From an uncultured Verrucomicrobiae bacterium (GTDB lineage Bacteria > Verrucomicrobiota > Verrucomicrobiia > Chthoniobacterales > UBA10450): 64,000 nucleotides of DNA. The stretch is from positions 320,001 through 384,000 of the forward strand of contig CAWFGO010000002.1 in the NCBI GenBank assembly GCA_963815455.1, written 5' to 3'. The position numbers and the translations under genes were made by a program. The notes beneath the pieces were generated by a model. It ran no database searches. It saw only the letters and a list, made by a program, of their open reading frames with translations, and was not told the origin of the DNA. Each line of letters starts with the position of its first letter. The stretch's first letter is position 1. Positions 41,744-51,646 of the stretch are shown piece after piece.

Positions 41744-42895
41744 TTAAAACGCCCACCAGCCGCGCACGAACAGGCTGGCGAAGAGGGCCAGGAAAAGCAG
41801 CGACCAGACGGTGATGACCGCGTTCCAAAACCGGCTCCTGCCCAGCAGCGCCAGGAAAACGAACATCGGAAAGAGCGAAAGTGTGTAACGCGGCATGCTG
41901 GCGACAAAATTCACACAGCCAAAAAGAATCCAGTTGCCCGTCATCCAGACAGCGTAGGCTGGACGCATCTTGATCCAAGCCAGCAAAGTGCAGATGAGAC
42001 TCAGGATGGTGAACAGAAGTTCCTGAACCCCGACGATTTCTGCCTGGCTGGGAGTTCGGCGCATGCTGCCGAATAATTCGCTGATCGCGTGCCAGGGCGA
42101 TGTCGGCCAGATCGCGAAGAGCCGGCGCCGGGCGGGAAGAAACCAAAACGGATCGCCGGTGACGTGCCAATTCACGAAGAGGTAGACCCCGAAACCGAGG
42201 GGTACGAGCCCGATCCACAGCCAGCGCCAATCCCATTTTCGCGTCGTCCAAAATCGCTGGCCGACCTCGGCCAGAAGAGTCGGCACGAGAATCATACCGT
42301 TGGGGCGCGTCATCCAGGCCAGCGCTCCGAGGATTCCGCAGAACTCCCACTGATTCGTGCGCGCGGCCAAGATCGAACCGATTGCCAGCGCTATGAACAA
42401 ACTTTCGGTGTAACCGATGTGGAGAAAGTACGCCCCGGGGAAGATCAGAAAAAACCAGACGGCGCGCTGCGCGACGGCCCTCGAAAAATCGAGAGCGACG
42501 AGCCGCCGCATCACCACCACCGCCACGATAGAAGCGACGGCCGAAACGACGAACGCGCCGACAAGATAATCGCCGGTGAGAAAGGCAAATGCCCGCGTCA
42601 TCCATGGGAAAAATGGATAGAACCACGATTTGACCGGATTGGTCGCGCGGTAGCCAAACTCGGCAATTCGCTGGTAGTGCAGAGAATCCCAACGGTTCCA
42701 GATGTCGAGCCAAGCGTGCGGGGTAGGGAGCTGTTTGTTCTCGAGGATCTTGTAGGCTGTGGCCCCGAAGAGAAGGACCAATATCTTGATCGCCACCACC
42801 CAGCCGATCACAATCCGGTCTTGTGTTGGCAATAACGAACGGAAAGATCGAGGCGTCTGGTTCGCGGCAGTATCGTTTGGGATCAGTTTACTCAT
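41744..42895 (-). CDS. GT-C fold glycosyltransferase (PIG-V/mannosyltransferase-like)
   Basis: WNRWDSLHYQRIAEFGY, FYPFFP, YTESLF, RPNG and SMPRY motifs; multiple TM segments. Confidence 0.8.
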   Translation of the reverse strand: MSKLIPNDTAANQTPRSFRSLLPTQDRIVIGWVVAIKILVLLFGATAYKILENKQLPTPHAWLDIWNRWDSLHYQRIAEFGYRATNPVKSWFYPFFPWMTRAFAFLTGDYLVGAFVVSAVASIVAVVVMRRLVALDFSRAVAQRAVWFFLIFPGAYFLHIGYTESLFIALAIGSILAARTNQWEFCGILGALAWMTRPNGMILVPTLLAEVGQRFWTTRKWDWRWLWIGLVPLGFGVYLFVNWHVTGDPFWFLPARRRLFAIWPTSPWHAISELFGSMRRTPSQAEIVGVQELLFTILSLICTLLAWIKMRPAYAVWMTGNWILFGCVNFVASMPRYTLSLFPMFVFLALLGRSRFWNAVITVWSLLFLALFASLFVRGWWAF

Positions 42896-42904
42896 TAATC
42901 GGGC

Positions 42905-43639
42905 ATGAAGCTTAGCGTCGTCATCCCGTGTTTGAACGAGAGCGGTACCGTCGCCAAATGCGTCACAACCGCGCTGGCCACTATGGCGAAGATCGACATC
43001 AAAGGCGAGACCATTGTAGCCGACAACGGGAGTACCGACGGATCGCCCGGGGTTGCGGCCGCGGCCGGAGCAAGAATCGTAGCGGTGCCGCAACGAGGAT
43101 ACGGAAACGCGCTGATGGCGGGGATCCGGGAAGCGGAGGGCGCTTACATTGTCATGGGAGACGCCGACGACAGCTACGATTTTCGCCAAATTCCCTTGTT
43201 CCTGGAGAAGCTGGAAGAGGGAAACGAACTCGTGATGGGGTGCCGATTACATTCAGGCGGTGGCACGATTCTGCCACGGGCAATGCCTTTTCTGCATCGG
43301 CACGTGGGCAATCCGTTATTTTCATTTCTAGCGCGGTGGTGGTTTTCCGCTCCGGTTCACGACGTCAATTGCGGCATGCGCGCGATCACGGCCGACCTTT
43401 ATCGACGCCTCGACCAGGAATGTGCCGGAATGGAATTCGCAGCCGAGATGGTCATCAAAGCGAGCCTGCTTGGCGCCAAGATAACCGAATTACCGATCGC
43501 CCTGCGCCGGGACGGGCGAAAACAACAACCTCCCCATCTGAGAACATTCCGCGACGGATGGAAAACGCTCGGGATTTTCCTTGCCCTTGCCCCCAGAGCG
43601 CCGGGTTTTCGCCGTATTTTCAAGGCCACCTCGGCGTGA
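42905..43639 (+). CDS. GT2 glycosyltransferase (DPM1-like)
   Basis: SVVIPCLNE, DNGSTDGS, RGYG, GDADDSYD and LRTFRDGW motifs. Confidence 0.9.
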   Translation: MKLSVVIPCLNESGTVAKCVTTALATMAKIDIKGETIVADNGSTDGSPGVAAAAGARIVAVPQRGYGNALMAGIREAEGAYIVMGDADDSYDFRQIPLFLEKLEEGNELVMGCRLHSGGGTILPRAMPFLHRHVGNPLFSFLARWWFSAPVHDVNCGMRAITADLYRRLDQECAGMEFAAEMVIKASLLGAKITELPIALRRDGRKQQPPHLRTFRDGWKTLGIFLALAPRAPGFRRIFKATSA

Positions 43640-43715
43640 ATCTTCATCCGGCCGAACCTCCACCCTATTCGGACTTGCGCGGCCCGCCGGAACCGCCTAA
43701 TAGCTTTAGCTTTCA

Positions 43716-44033
43716 ATGATTCACCACATTGTCCTCTATAAGCTCAAACCCGAGGTTACCCCCGCGCGTGTCGAGGAGATGATGATGAACACCCGGATGC
43801 AGCTGTTGAAGATTCCGGAAGTTCTGAGCATCAAGTGCGGTAAACGGGTCGATCCGGAATTGCCCTGGCCGTTCTTCATCGCCATCGATTTCGAGTCGAT
43901 GGACAAATACGCCATCTTCCGCGACGACTCCATCTTCGTGAAGTTCATGGAGGAAATCATCAAACCGAATACGTCGGAATCCCTGACCCTCGATTTCGAG
44001 ATGGACCCTGGAAAAGACGTGCGGTTTTCCTGA
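43716..44033 (+). CDS. Dabb (stress-responsive A/B barrel) protein
   Basis: MIHHIVLYKLK...KIPEV...LDFE pattern. Confidence 0.8.
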   Translation: MIHHIVLYKLKPEVTPARVEEMMMNTRMQLLKIPEVLSIKCGKRVDPELPWPFFIAIDFESMDKYAIFRDDSIFVKFMEEIIKPNTSESLTLDFEMDPGKDVRFS

Positions 44034-44040
44034 ATAACTT

Positions 44041-44123
44041 TGTCATTCCGAGCGAAGTCGAAAAATCTCGCGGCAAAGCTTTAAGGTAATATCGCGGGAT
44101 GTCTCGGCTTAGCTCGACATGAC
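44041..44123. repeat. Inverted REP-like pair (TGTCATTCCGAGCGAAGTCGA ... GCTCGACATGAC)
   Basis: Same family as 1071-1213. Confidence 0.8.
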
Positions 44124-44135
44124 CGAAAAGAGGCA

Positions 44136-45011
44136 ATGAAAAAAGCGATTCTCTTGGCCGGCGGCGCGGGAACGCGGCTCTATCCGATCACCAAGATCGT
44201 CTGCAAGCAGCTCCTGCCGGTTTACGACAAGCCGATGATCTGTTATCCGCTGGCCACGCTCATGCTCGGCGGCTTGCGCGAAGTCCTGATCATTTCCACA
44301 CCGAAGGATCTGCCGATGCTGCGCGATTTTCTGGGCGACGGCTCAAAACTCGGTATCCGGATCGAATATGCTGAACAACCAAAACCGGAGGGTATCGCCC
44401 AGGCTTTCTTGATCGGCGCCAATTTCGTCGGCAACTCCGGCGCAGCGCTCATCCTGGGCGACAATATTTTTTACGGGAAGCTCGATTTCTTTCGCGATGC
44501 GCTCTCAATCGACAAGGGCGCCTGCGTATTTGCCTATCAAGTCCGCGATCCACAACGCTACGGGGTGGTCGAGTTCGACGCCGCGGGTAGGGCGATCAGT
44601 CTAGAGGAAAAGCCGGCCCGGCCCAAGAGCCAATTCGCCGTGCCGGGCCTGTACGTTTACGACGAGCGCGTTGTCGATCTTTGTCGAACACTTCGTCCTT
44701 CAGCGCGGGGCGAGCTCGAGATCACCGATTTGAATCTGCTTTATCTCAAGGAGAAGCAGCTGCATGTGAAATTACTTAGCCGCGGCATGGCCTGGCTCGA
44801 TACCGGGACGCAGACCAGCTTGCTCGAGGCGGCTAACTACATCGCAACGATCGAGCATCGACAGGGATTAAAGATAGCTTGCCTGGAAGAGGTGGCTTTC
44901 CGTATGGGCTTTATGAGCCAGTCCCAACTTTCGGCCGCCATCGATCGGCTGCCGAACGGCGAGTATCGAGACTATCTGCGCATGGTCTGCGACGAGGGGC
45001 CGCGTTCCTAA
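44136..45011 (+). CDS. rfbA: Glucose-1-phosphate thymidylyltransferase
   Basis: LAGGAGTRLYP, KQLLPVYDKPM, LGDNIF, EEKP, SARGELEITD and WLDTGT motifs. Confidence 0.96.
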   Translation: MKKAILLAGGAGTRLYPITKIVCKQLLPVYDKPMICYPLATLMLGGLREVLIISTPKDLPMLRDFLGDGSKLGIRIEYAEQPKPEGIAQAFLIGANFVGNSGAALILGDNIFYGKLDFFRDALSIDKGACVFAYQVRDPQRYGVVEFDAAGRAISLEEKPARPKSQFAVPGLYVYDERVVDLCRTLRPSARGELEITDLNLLYLKEKQLHVKLLSRGMAWLDTGTQTSLLEAANYIATIEHRQGLKIACLEEVAFRMGFMSQSQLSAAIDRLPNGEYRDYLRMVCDEGPRS

Positions 45012-45240
45012 TCGGTCAACCAAGGGGACAGGCAAAGTTGGCATCGATTGCCCTGGATGAACATTCCATGGGATACCAAAGCCACTATTTGGCTATCACT
45101 CCTGAGAAAATGGGTCGATTTTGTCTCAAATGTGATTAGAGACTTGGCAAATTCTCACGGGAGAGAAGAAAAACAGCCTGGTAATTATGGAAATTATATA
45201 TATAGGCATGTCCGGTGCTACCTTTTGTTGGCATCCTCAC

Positions 45241-45783
45241 ATGACAGCAATTCGACAAATTCCACCTCGACCAAGCGCGGCGAACGCGACTCGATTCGCG
45301 GTATCTAGCTCCAGCCGTGGCGCGGCAGGATTCAGTTTACCTGAAGCGGTAATCGGGATCGCCGTTATGGGTCTCGGAGTGGTTTGCATGGTAGGAGCGC
45401 TTAGCAAGTTCAACACCATCGCCAGCGTCGCCCGCAATACCACCGGCGCTTATACGGCGGTGATGAACCAGATCGACCTCATTCAATCCGACGGGCCGTT
45501 CAATCCCCAGAAGACAAACACCGACGGAACTCAACAGATCCCACCGGAGCTACGACTTGGTACTCAAACGCAGGCCAACGTCCCTGTCTATAGGGACCCC
45601 AATAGCGGAGTGGTCGTGGCCGGAACAATGACCACGACCGTCACGGATATCAGTTCCACATATACCAGCGGGTCCACCACCTTTTCGCTGATCATGTACA
45701 AAGCCATTGTCACCATTAACTATACCTATCTCAACAAAAACTACTCACTTTCCATGAGTACAATCCGGACATCTGACATATGA
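45241..45783 (+). CDS. Prepilin, PilV-like (second cassette)
   Basis: RGAAG|FSLPEAVIGIAVMGL; C-terminal beta strands. Confidence 0.8.
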   Translation: MTAIRQIPPRPSAANATRFAVSSSSRGAAGFSLPEAVIGIAVMGLGVVCMVGALSKFNTIASVARNTTGAYTAVMNQIDLIQSDGPFNPQKTNTDGTQQIPPELRLGTQTQANVPVYRDPNSGVVVAGTMTTTVTDISSTYTSGSTTFSLIMYKAIVTINYTYLNKNYSLSMSTIRTSDI

Positions 45784-46580
45784 AACTGGTTAAAATGAAT
45801 CGTGGATACACCATTGTGGAGATGGCAGTTTCAAGCGCCGTCTTTAGCACCCTTGGACTGACCCTCTGCTCCCTCCTGAACGTCACAACCATTCTCGGAG
45901 CCAAGAATTCCGCTTTGATCACAGCCCATCAGCAAGCTCGAACGGCCATGGTCGAGATGTTGGGAGATCTGCATTCGGCGATCTCCTTGCCCTACCTGGT
46001 CGATGCCGACGGCAATCAGGTTTCCGCAGCGGGTCCGGCCGCCGGCATCGCTTTTCAAACCTGGTCGAGCGGTCCCCACAAGATCAAAACGGATGCCACG
46101 ACCAATAATAATCAGATTACTCTGAAATTAACCTCTGGCAGCGGTCCAACACCGGTAGTCGGCCAGCGCTTGATTGTTCCCACGCACCAGATTGAGGACG
46201 ACATCACCGCAGTCAGTGGAAGCGCCGACAGCTTCACCGTCACCCTGGCGCATAATCTGCCGGTGGCGATCGCCGGGACGAGCACCTACACCATCGTCGC
46301 CTTCATCGCTGATCGCTGCTCCTACATTGTTTCAAACGGTTCGCTGGAATGGAGGGGCCCGACCACAGCGAGATCCTTCGCTGTGCTGAGCAATGGAATT
46401 ACCAATGCGACCCCCTTCAGCACGCCGCTCACGCCGGCTGGGGCGCTCTACTACCGGTTCGTTTCGGCAATCGACCTTTCCACCGCAGACTCCAATTACA
46501 GCAACCGCGGATTCAAGGCAGCCAACATTTTCCTCAATGGACAGGTCCCCATGAAGGCGCGGCTGACAACCTATCAATGA
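45780..46580 (+). CDS. Prepilin, PilW-like
   Basis: NRG|YTIVEMAVSSAV and QARTAMVEMLGDLHSA; 4-bp overlaps at both ends. Confidence 0.8.
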   Translation: MKLVKMNRGYTIVEMAVSSAVFSTLGLTLCSLLNVTTILGAKNSALITAHQQARTAMVEMLGDLHSAISLPYLVDADGNQVSAAGPAAGIAFQTWSSGPHKIKTDATTNNNQITLKLTSGSGPTPVVGQRLIVPTHQIEDDITAVSGSADSFTVTLAHNLPVAIAGTSTYTIVAFIADRCSYIVSNGSLEWRGPTTARSFAVLSNGITNATPFSTPLTPAGALYYRFVSAIDLSTADSNYSNRGFKAANIFLNGQVPMKARLTTYQ

Positions 46581-48403
46581 AAAACCTCAAAACGCACTCA
46601 GCCGCCAGTTCGCTCGTCGTTGTCCTGGTGACAATATCAACCCTGATGGTGGTTGTTGCCATCGCAGCAGAATACACGACGAATATCAGCCGGCTTGTCC
46701 AGCGCACAAGCAATCTACAAAGTGCCATCTCTGTCGCTGATGCCACCCTCGAACAGCTCTTTACCAACTGGCGAGCCATCTGCCGAGCAACTCCTACAGC
46801 CCCCTTGCCGACCAGTTCGTTTTCCGGGATCCCGCTTCCGACTGCTTCGCAGTTAAATCTGCCCAGCTCTCCAACCTTGGTCAAAGCGGGGACAGCTCCC
46901 AATTTAACCGACGAATACAATCCGGCCTACACAGTTTCCAACATCAAAGTCGTTGCTGTCGATGGAACCCTGCAACCTGTCGCGTCCGCCGGAACTCCGC
47001 CGACACCCGCCGTGGGCATGGGACAGACCGGCACGATCAACACGACAGCCGCGACTTATAATTATATCGCCTCGGCGGATGTCACGTTGTCCGCGGTCAC
47101 GACCAATATCGTGGCCAAGGTGCGTCGCGTTTTCTCCAAGCAACAGCTTTCGCCGTGGAACTGGGCGATCTTCTATGTTGATCCGCTGGAGATTCATCCC
47201 GGTCCGTCCTTTACCGTCACGGGATGGGTTCACACAAACTTCAATCTCTACACCGCACACGATACCCTCACGTTCGCTGACAAGGTTACCTATGCCTCCG
47301 ATTGGTTCATGAACTTCATGCCTGGGGACGGACAACATTCGGAGACTCCAACCAATCCGCATTGGCTTAGCAATCTCCCGCCGGCAAGAGATATCGCCTT
47401 GCAGCCTTTCGGTCTGGATTCGACGGCGATTTTTAGCACGAGTGACAGCAATCCGAATAATGACAGCTATCTCGAGCTCATTCAGCCCCCGGTGTCCGGA
47501 GTTGCCGATCCAATGTCCAGCCAGCGTTATTGGAACCAGGCCAGCGTAGCCATCAAGGTGGATTCCGGCAACAACCTGACCATAGGTCAGCCCAATACCA
47601 ATGGAACAATCACCGCCTTCAACACATCGAATCCGCTCTATCAGATGTTCTCCGGTGCGATCATTACGAATCAAACCATTCAGGACAATCGCGAGGCTGC
47701 CCCGATCCGGCTCGTGACTCTGGACATTAACCAGATTGAAAACAATACCAGCGGTCTCTCCCCCACTTACAAGGCATCGGGCTTTAATGGGATCGTGTTT
47801 ATTTACGACAGCAGCAACTCCTCATCTTCCCGAAGGGGAGTCCGGCTGATCAACGGCTCAAAAATTCCATCGCTCGGACTTACCGTTGTGAGTCCAAATG
47901 CGATCTACGTGAAGGGGGACTTCAATACCGGCGGCAGTCCGGCCTCGAACAACCCGGGCGATCCCACCATGCCCCAGGTCTCGGGCTACACGCGAGCGCC
48001 CTGCGCCATCATCGGGGATGCCGTCAACATCCTCTCCAACTCCTGGAATGATTCCGATTCGTCCGCCGGACTCAGCTCACGCGTGGCCAGCAATACGACG
48101 ATCAACTCGGCAATCCTGGCTGGCATTGTGCCGACCGCGCCCGTGGGAGGCGACGGCACCTATAGTGGCGGGGCCGAAAATTTCCCGCGCTTTATCGAAG
48201 ACTGGTCTCATGCGGTCCTCACTTACTACGGTTCAATGGTGGAACTCTACCAAAGCCAGCAATCGAACGGAAAATGGGGAAGGGCCAACGTTTATAATCC
48301 CCCCACCCGTCGCTGGTATTTCGATCCGAACTTCAAGACCAAGCCGCCCCCGGGATCGCTCATGGTCTACAGCTACCAAAAAGGCCGATGGTATTTGCAG
48401 TAA
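46577..48403 (+). CDS. Large PilX-like protein with HpsA-like C-terminal domain
   Basis: Hydrophobic pilin-like N-terminus without E5; LEIHPGP.F.VTGWVHTN and YSGGAENFPRFIEDW...YYGSMV...YNPPTRRWYFD...PPPG. Confidence 0.75.
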   Translation: MKNLKTHSAASSLVVVLVTISTLMVVVAIAAEYTTNISRLVQRTSNLQSAISVADATLEQLFTNWRAICRATPTAPLPTSSFSGIPLPTASQLNLPSSPTLVKAGTAPNLTDEYNPAYTVSNIKVVAVDGTLQPVASAGTPPTPAVGMGQTGTINTTAATYNYIASADVTLSAVTTNIVAKVRRVFSKQQLSPWNWAIFYVDPLEIHPGPSFTVTGWVHTNFNLYTAHDTLTFADKVTYASDWFMNFMPGDGQHSETPTNPHWLSNLPPARDIALQPFGLDSTAIFSTSDSNPNNDSYLELIQPPVSGVADPMSSQRYWNQASVAIKVDSGNNLTIGQPNTNGTITAFNTSNPLYQMFSGAIITNQTIQDNREAAPIRLVTLDINQIENNTSGLSPTYKASGFNGIVFIYDSSNSSSSRRGVRLINGSKIPSLGLTVVSPNAIYVKGDFNTGGSPASNNPGDPTMPQVSGYTRAPCAIIGDAVNILSNSWNDSDSSAGLSSRVASNTTINSAILAGIVPTAPVGGDGTYSGGAENFPRFIEDWSHAVLTYYGSMVELYQSQQSNGKWGRANVYNPPTRRWYFDPNFKTKPPPGSLMVYSYQKGRWYLQ

Positions 48404-48960
48404 GAGTCACATTTGTTCTTCTTCTGTTGGGAATTACCGCCGGCGCGGGTTTGCAGATCGTTCCGGAAACGATCGAGTATGAGCTCGAGGGGATAAAATT
48501 TCACCAACTAGCATTTCCGGATAGCGGACAAAGCGCCCCGGTTAAATATGCCCCACCGCGCGGCTGGCGTTATTCTACTCGCGCTTCCCAGTTGTTGCTC
48601 GAGCCGCCACGGGTTCCGGAAGCCGAGGGGATAATTCGCGTAGTCAAGCTTCCACATCCTCAGGTTCTTGATGAACCGACAATCAAAAACCTTTGCCAAG
48701 AAGCAACCGCTTCGATTCCCGGTGGCGCGACAAATGTCACGATTGTTTCGCAGCAGAAAAATCCAATGCTGATTGAAAGGAAGGAGACTGCTCTCGTCGT
48801 GATCAATTATGAATTCTACGGCGTGCCCTACACGCGCTCAGTGATGTTTCTCGACCGTGGGAATGAACAAGTGCAATTCCAGCTGACGTCGCCCCGTGCG
48901 AAATTCAGCGAGCTTCAAAAGGAATTCATGGCGAGTCATTTCACGTGGCAAAATCTCTAG
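48388..48960 (+). CDS. Secreted hypothetical protein
   Basis: Signal-peptide-like N-terminus, intact 190-aa ORF overlapping the upstream gene. Confidence 0.7.
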   Translation: MVFAVRVTFVLLLLGITAGAGLQIVPETIEYELEGIKFHQLAFPDSGQSAPVKYAPPRGWRYSTRASQLLLEPPRVPEAEGIIRVVKLPHPQVLDEPTIKNLCQEATASIPGGATNVTIVSQQKNPMLIERKETALVVINYEFYGVPYTRSVMFLDRGNEQVQFQLTSPRAKFSELQKEFMASHFTWQNL

Positions 48961-49013
48961 GTCCGGAGCGTTATTGGTTCGCTTGAGGACGATCGGTTCC
49001 TAACTTCAGGCGC

Positions 49014-49667
49014 TTACTTTGGTTGCTCGCGCAGGAGATGATTTGTGTCGGCTAACAACTTCGTGATCGAATCGGCCTCGATCGCTTCGTAGTAGCCGCG
49101 GATTTGACCATGTCGATCCACCAGCACCATGCGCGTGCTGTGCACCGGAACGCCGGTTTCTTGGCTGCCATCAGAAACCGCAAGCTTGAATCCATCATGG
49201 GAAAGCCGGTAGATGGCCGGTTTGGCTCCGGTTAAAAAATCCCAGCGCTTAGGATCGGCTCGCAACTTTTCGGCGTAACTGCGCAGAACTTCCGGCGTAT
49301 CCTTTTCCGGGTCGACAGTAAACGAAACGAGATGCACATCCGTCTTTTCCAACGGCTTTTGCAGTTCACTCATCCGGCTGCTGATTATTGGGCATGGCCC
49401 AGGACAACTGGTGAAAATGAAATCGGCGATCCAAATCTTGCCGGCTAACTGCGCCGAGCCGAACGGCTGACCATTCTGGTTCACCAATTGAAAAGAGGGA
49501 ACGGTGCCGTAAGAAGAAACGGTGCGTTGTCGAAGCGCGCTCACCTCGACGTAACGCAGCCAGAGCAACAGCGCCAGGGTAACGAAAGGAATGAGAACCA
49601 GCATGACCTTCCACATGGTGGCGTTGCGCAAAGGCGGTCGTTTCATCGCTGCGGCGGTCGTATTCAT
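49014..49667 (-). CDS. SCO-family copper chaperone
   Basis: FIFTSCPGPCP, VDPEKDTPE and HS motifs. Confidence 0.93.
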   Translation of the reverse strand: MNTTAAAMKRPPLRNATMWKVMLVLIPFVTLALLLWLRYVEVSALRQRTVSSYGTVPSFQLVNQNGQPFGSAQLAGKIWIADFIFTSCPGPCPIISSRMSELQKPLEKTDVHLVSFTVDPEKDTPEVLRSYAEKLRADPKRWDFLTGAKPAIYRLSHDGFKLAVSDGSQETGVPVHSTRMVLVDRHGQIRGYYEAIEADSITKLLADTNHLLREQPK

Positions 49668-50563
49668 GATTTCGTCAGGACCAAAGCACCTAAAAGAAGT
49701 GGCAGATAGATAATTGAAGTAATAAACAGAACGCGCGCGGAGGCGGCCGTCCGCAGTCGCAGAAAGCGCATGGCGATGGCGATAAATGATCCGCCAAGAG
49801 CGAGCTCAACGGGAACATAAAACATCGTCACGACTCGGAGAGAGGCGGGCAACCCAGCCACAATGAGAAGCAAAATGCAGAACAACACGCTTTGGCTGGC
49901 GCTGCGTTCGCCGGTCTTGTCGTCGGTCGAGACCATTCGAAATCCAGCGCGCGAATAATCATCCCGGTACATCCAGGCGATTGCGAAAAAATGGGGAAGT
50001 TGCCACAAAGCAAGGATGCCAAATAAACTCCATGCGCCGGCGTCAATCGTCCCGCGGGCCGCGGCCCAGCCAATCATTGGGGGAATCGCGCCCGGGATCG
50101 CACCGACGAGCGTGTTCGCCGTGCTGGTGCGCTTCAGAGGAGTGTAACCAAAGATATAAATTCCGATCGTGATCGCCGCCAGAACGGCGCTAAGGGCGTT
50201 GCAGACAACGGCCAGATAAACAACTCCGAAAATTGACAGAGTCGCACCCAGAACGAGTGCTTCGACAGGACGCATCCGGCCAGCCGGGATCGGGCGGGAC
50301 CTTGTTCGATGCATTAAGGCGTCGAGCCCGTGCTCCCACCATTGGTTAAGCGCGGCTGCGCCCGCAGCCGCGGCGGCCGTGCCGAGGACTGCATGGAAAA
50401 GCGCAATGTAATCAACGGGCGGTTCCGCCCCGAGATAGAAACCGACCGCGGTGGTGAGAAGAACAAGCAAAGTCAGCCGTGCTTTCACCAACTCGACCAG
50501 ATCGGCGGCCAGCCGGTTCCGCGACGGTGTAAGATCGGTTGGTTCAATCGCAGCCGTCTTCAT
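49664..50563 (-). CDS. ctaB: Heme O synthase (protoheme IX farnesyltransferase)
   Basis: ELVKARL, DALMHRTRSRPIPAGR, YTPLKR, WQLPHF and YRDDY motifs. Confidence 0.95.
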   Translation of the reverse strand: MKTAAIEPTDLTPSRNRLAADLVELVKARLTLLVLLTTAVGFYLGAEPPVDYIALFHAVLGTAAAAAGAAALNQWWEHGLDALMHRTRSRPIPAGRMRPVEALVLGATLSIFGVVYLAVVCNALSAVLAAITIGIYIFGYTPLKRTSTANTLVGAIPGAIPPMIGWAAARGTIDAGAWSLFGILALWQLPHFFAIAWMYRDDYSRAGFRMVSTDDKTGERSASQSVLFCILLLIVAGLPASLRVVTMFYVPVELALGGSFIAIAMRFLRLRTAASARVLFITSIIYLPLLLGALVLTKS

Positions 50564-51597
50564 GACGTGAAAGTTTCGCGGCGAGAAACCTGCAGACAAA
50601 TCGCGGAAATGCTCACCCCGAAAGATAGCATGATCGCGCCGACGGCGACATGGGCGGTGGCGACATCAGCGGCTTTGTTGCTCCAAATCGTCCAGGCGCC
50701 GAGAGCCAGCTGACAGAAGAGCAAAACGATCCAGAGGATCGACAACCCCGAAAGCATCGGGGCTCGCGAAGAATTTCGGAGTCGCCTCAACTGAAGAAAG
50801 AACATGATTACTCCGATCGCAATCAACACTGCTAGATAACGATGGGCCATTTGCAGCCAGATTTGGAACGCAGTGACATCAGAGAGCGCGCGCGTATCGC
50901 GCCAGGCATTGATCTTGGCCAGGGCATTTTCACTTGTATCGGGAATCCATGCACCGTTCGCGGTCGGAAAATCGAGAATGGCCAGGTCGCGGTGCTGATG
51001 GCGCATCGCCGCGCCAAGCGCCAACTGTCCGTAGATCGCGATGGTGATGGCGAGGGCCAATCTTCTCGTTGCGGCAAATTTCATTGGATCGACAACCGCA
51101 CGCGAGAGCGACCGCCAAAAATTTGTGGTCGCGAGCGCGATTACGACGAGCAGACCCAGAAACGCCTGGGCGATGCAGGCGTGGAAAATTCCGATTTCAT
51201 CTTTCAACATGGTAACGCGCAGCCCGCCAAGAATTCCCTGCAAGATCACGCCGCCGAGAGCGATCACGCCCAGGTTGCGGAGCCATCGTCGATCTTCGCA
51301 AAGCCAAAGCCAGACCGCGAGAATGATGGTGAGAAAACCGACCAGCGAGCCCATCAAACGATGGGTATGCTCAAACAAGATTCCTCCGACCCATTTGGAA
51401 ACGGGAAACAGGAACATGTTGTAGCCGAATGTGGTTGGCCAATCGGGCACGGCCAAACCGACTCCTTTGCTGGTGACCATCCCGCCGCTGCAAATGAGCA
51501 ACAGGGTGGCGATGCACGTAAACCATGCGAACCGGCTAAGCCATTTGCTGTAGCGGCGGTCTCCGACCGTCGCGTTTTTTGGAAGCGGCGTTGCCAC
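50560..51597 (-). CDS. ctaA: Heme A synthase COX15/CtaA (GTG start approximate)
   Basis: GGMVTSKGVGLAVPDWPT, EHTHR, QGILGGLRV, AHR and TAHV motifs. Confidence 0.9.
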   Translation of the reverse strand: MATPLPKNATVGDRRYSKWLSRFAWFTCIATLLLICSGGMVTSKGVGLAVPDWPTTFGYNMFLFPVSKWVGGILFEHTHRLMGSLVGFLTIILAVWLWLCEDRRWLRNLGVIALGGVILQGILGGLRVTMLKDEIGIFHACIAQAFLGLLVVIALATTNFWRSLSRAVVDPMKFAATRRLALAITIAIYGQLALGAAMRHQHRDLAILDFPTANGAWIPDTSENALAKINAWRDTRALSDVTAFQIWLQMAHRYLAVLIAIGVIMFFLQLRRLRNSSRAPMLSGLSILWIVLLFCQLALGAWTIWSNKAADVATAHVAVGAIMLSFGVSISAICLQVSRRETFTS

Positions 51598-51634
51598 AAG
51601 AGAAATTGCGGCGGTCGAAGACCCGCCGCTACAG
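51549..51634. repeat. Inverted GTAG-type REP pair overlapping the ctaA 5' end
   Basis: TGTAGCGGCGGTCTCCGACCGTCGC ... GCGGCGGTCGAAGACCCGCCGCTACA. Confidence 0.8.
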
Positions 51635-51646
51635 GAAAGCAAAATT

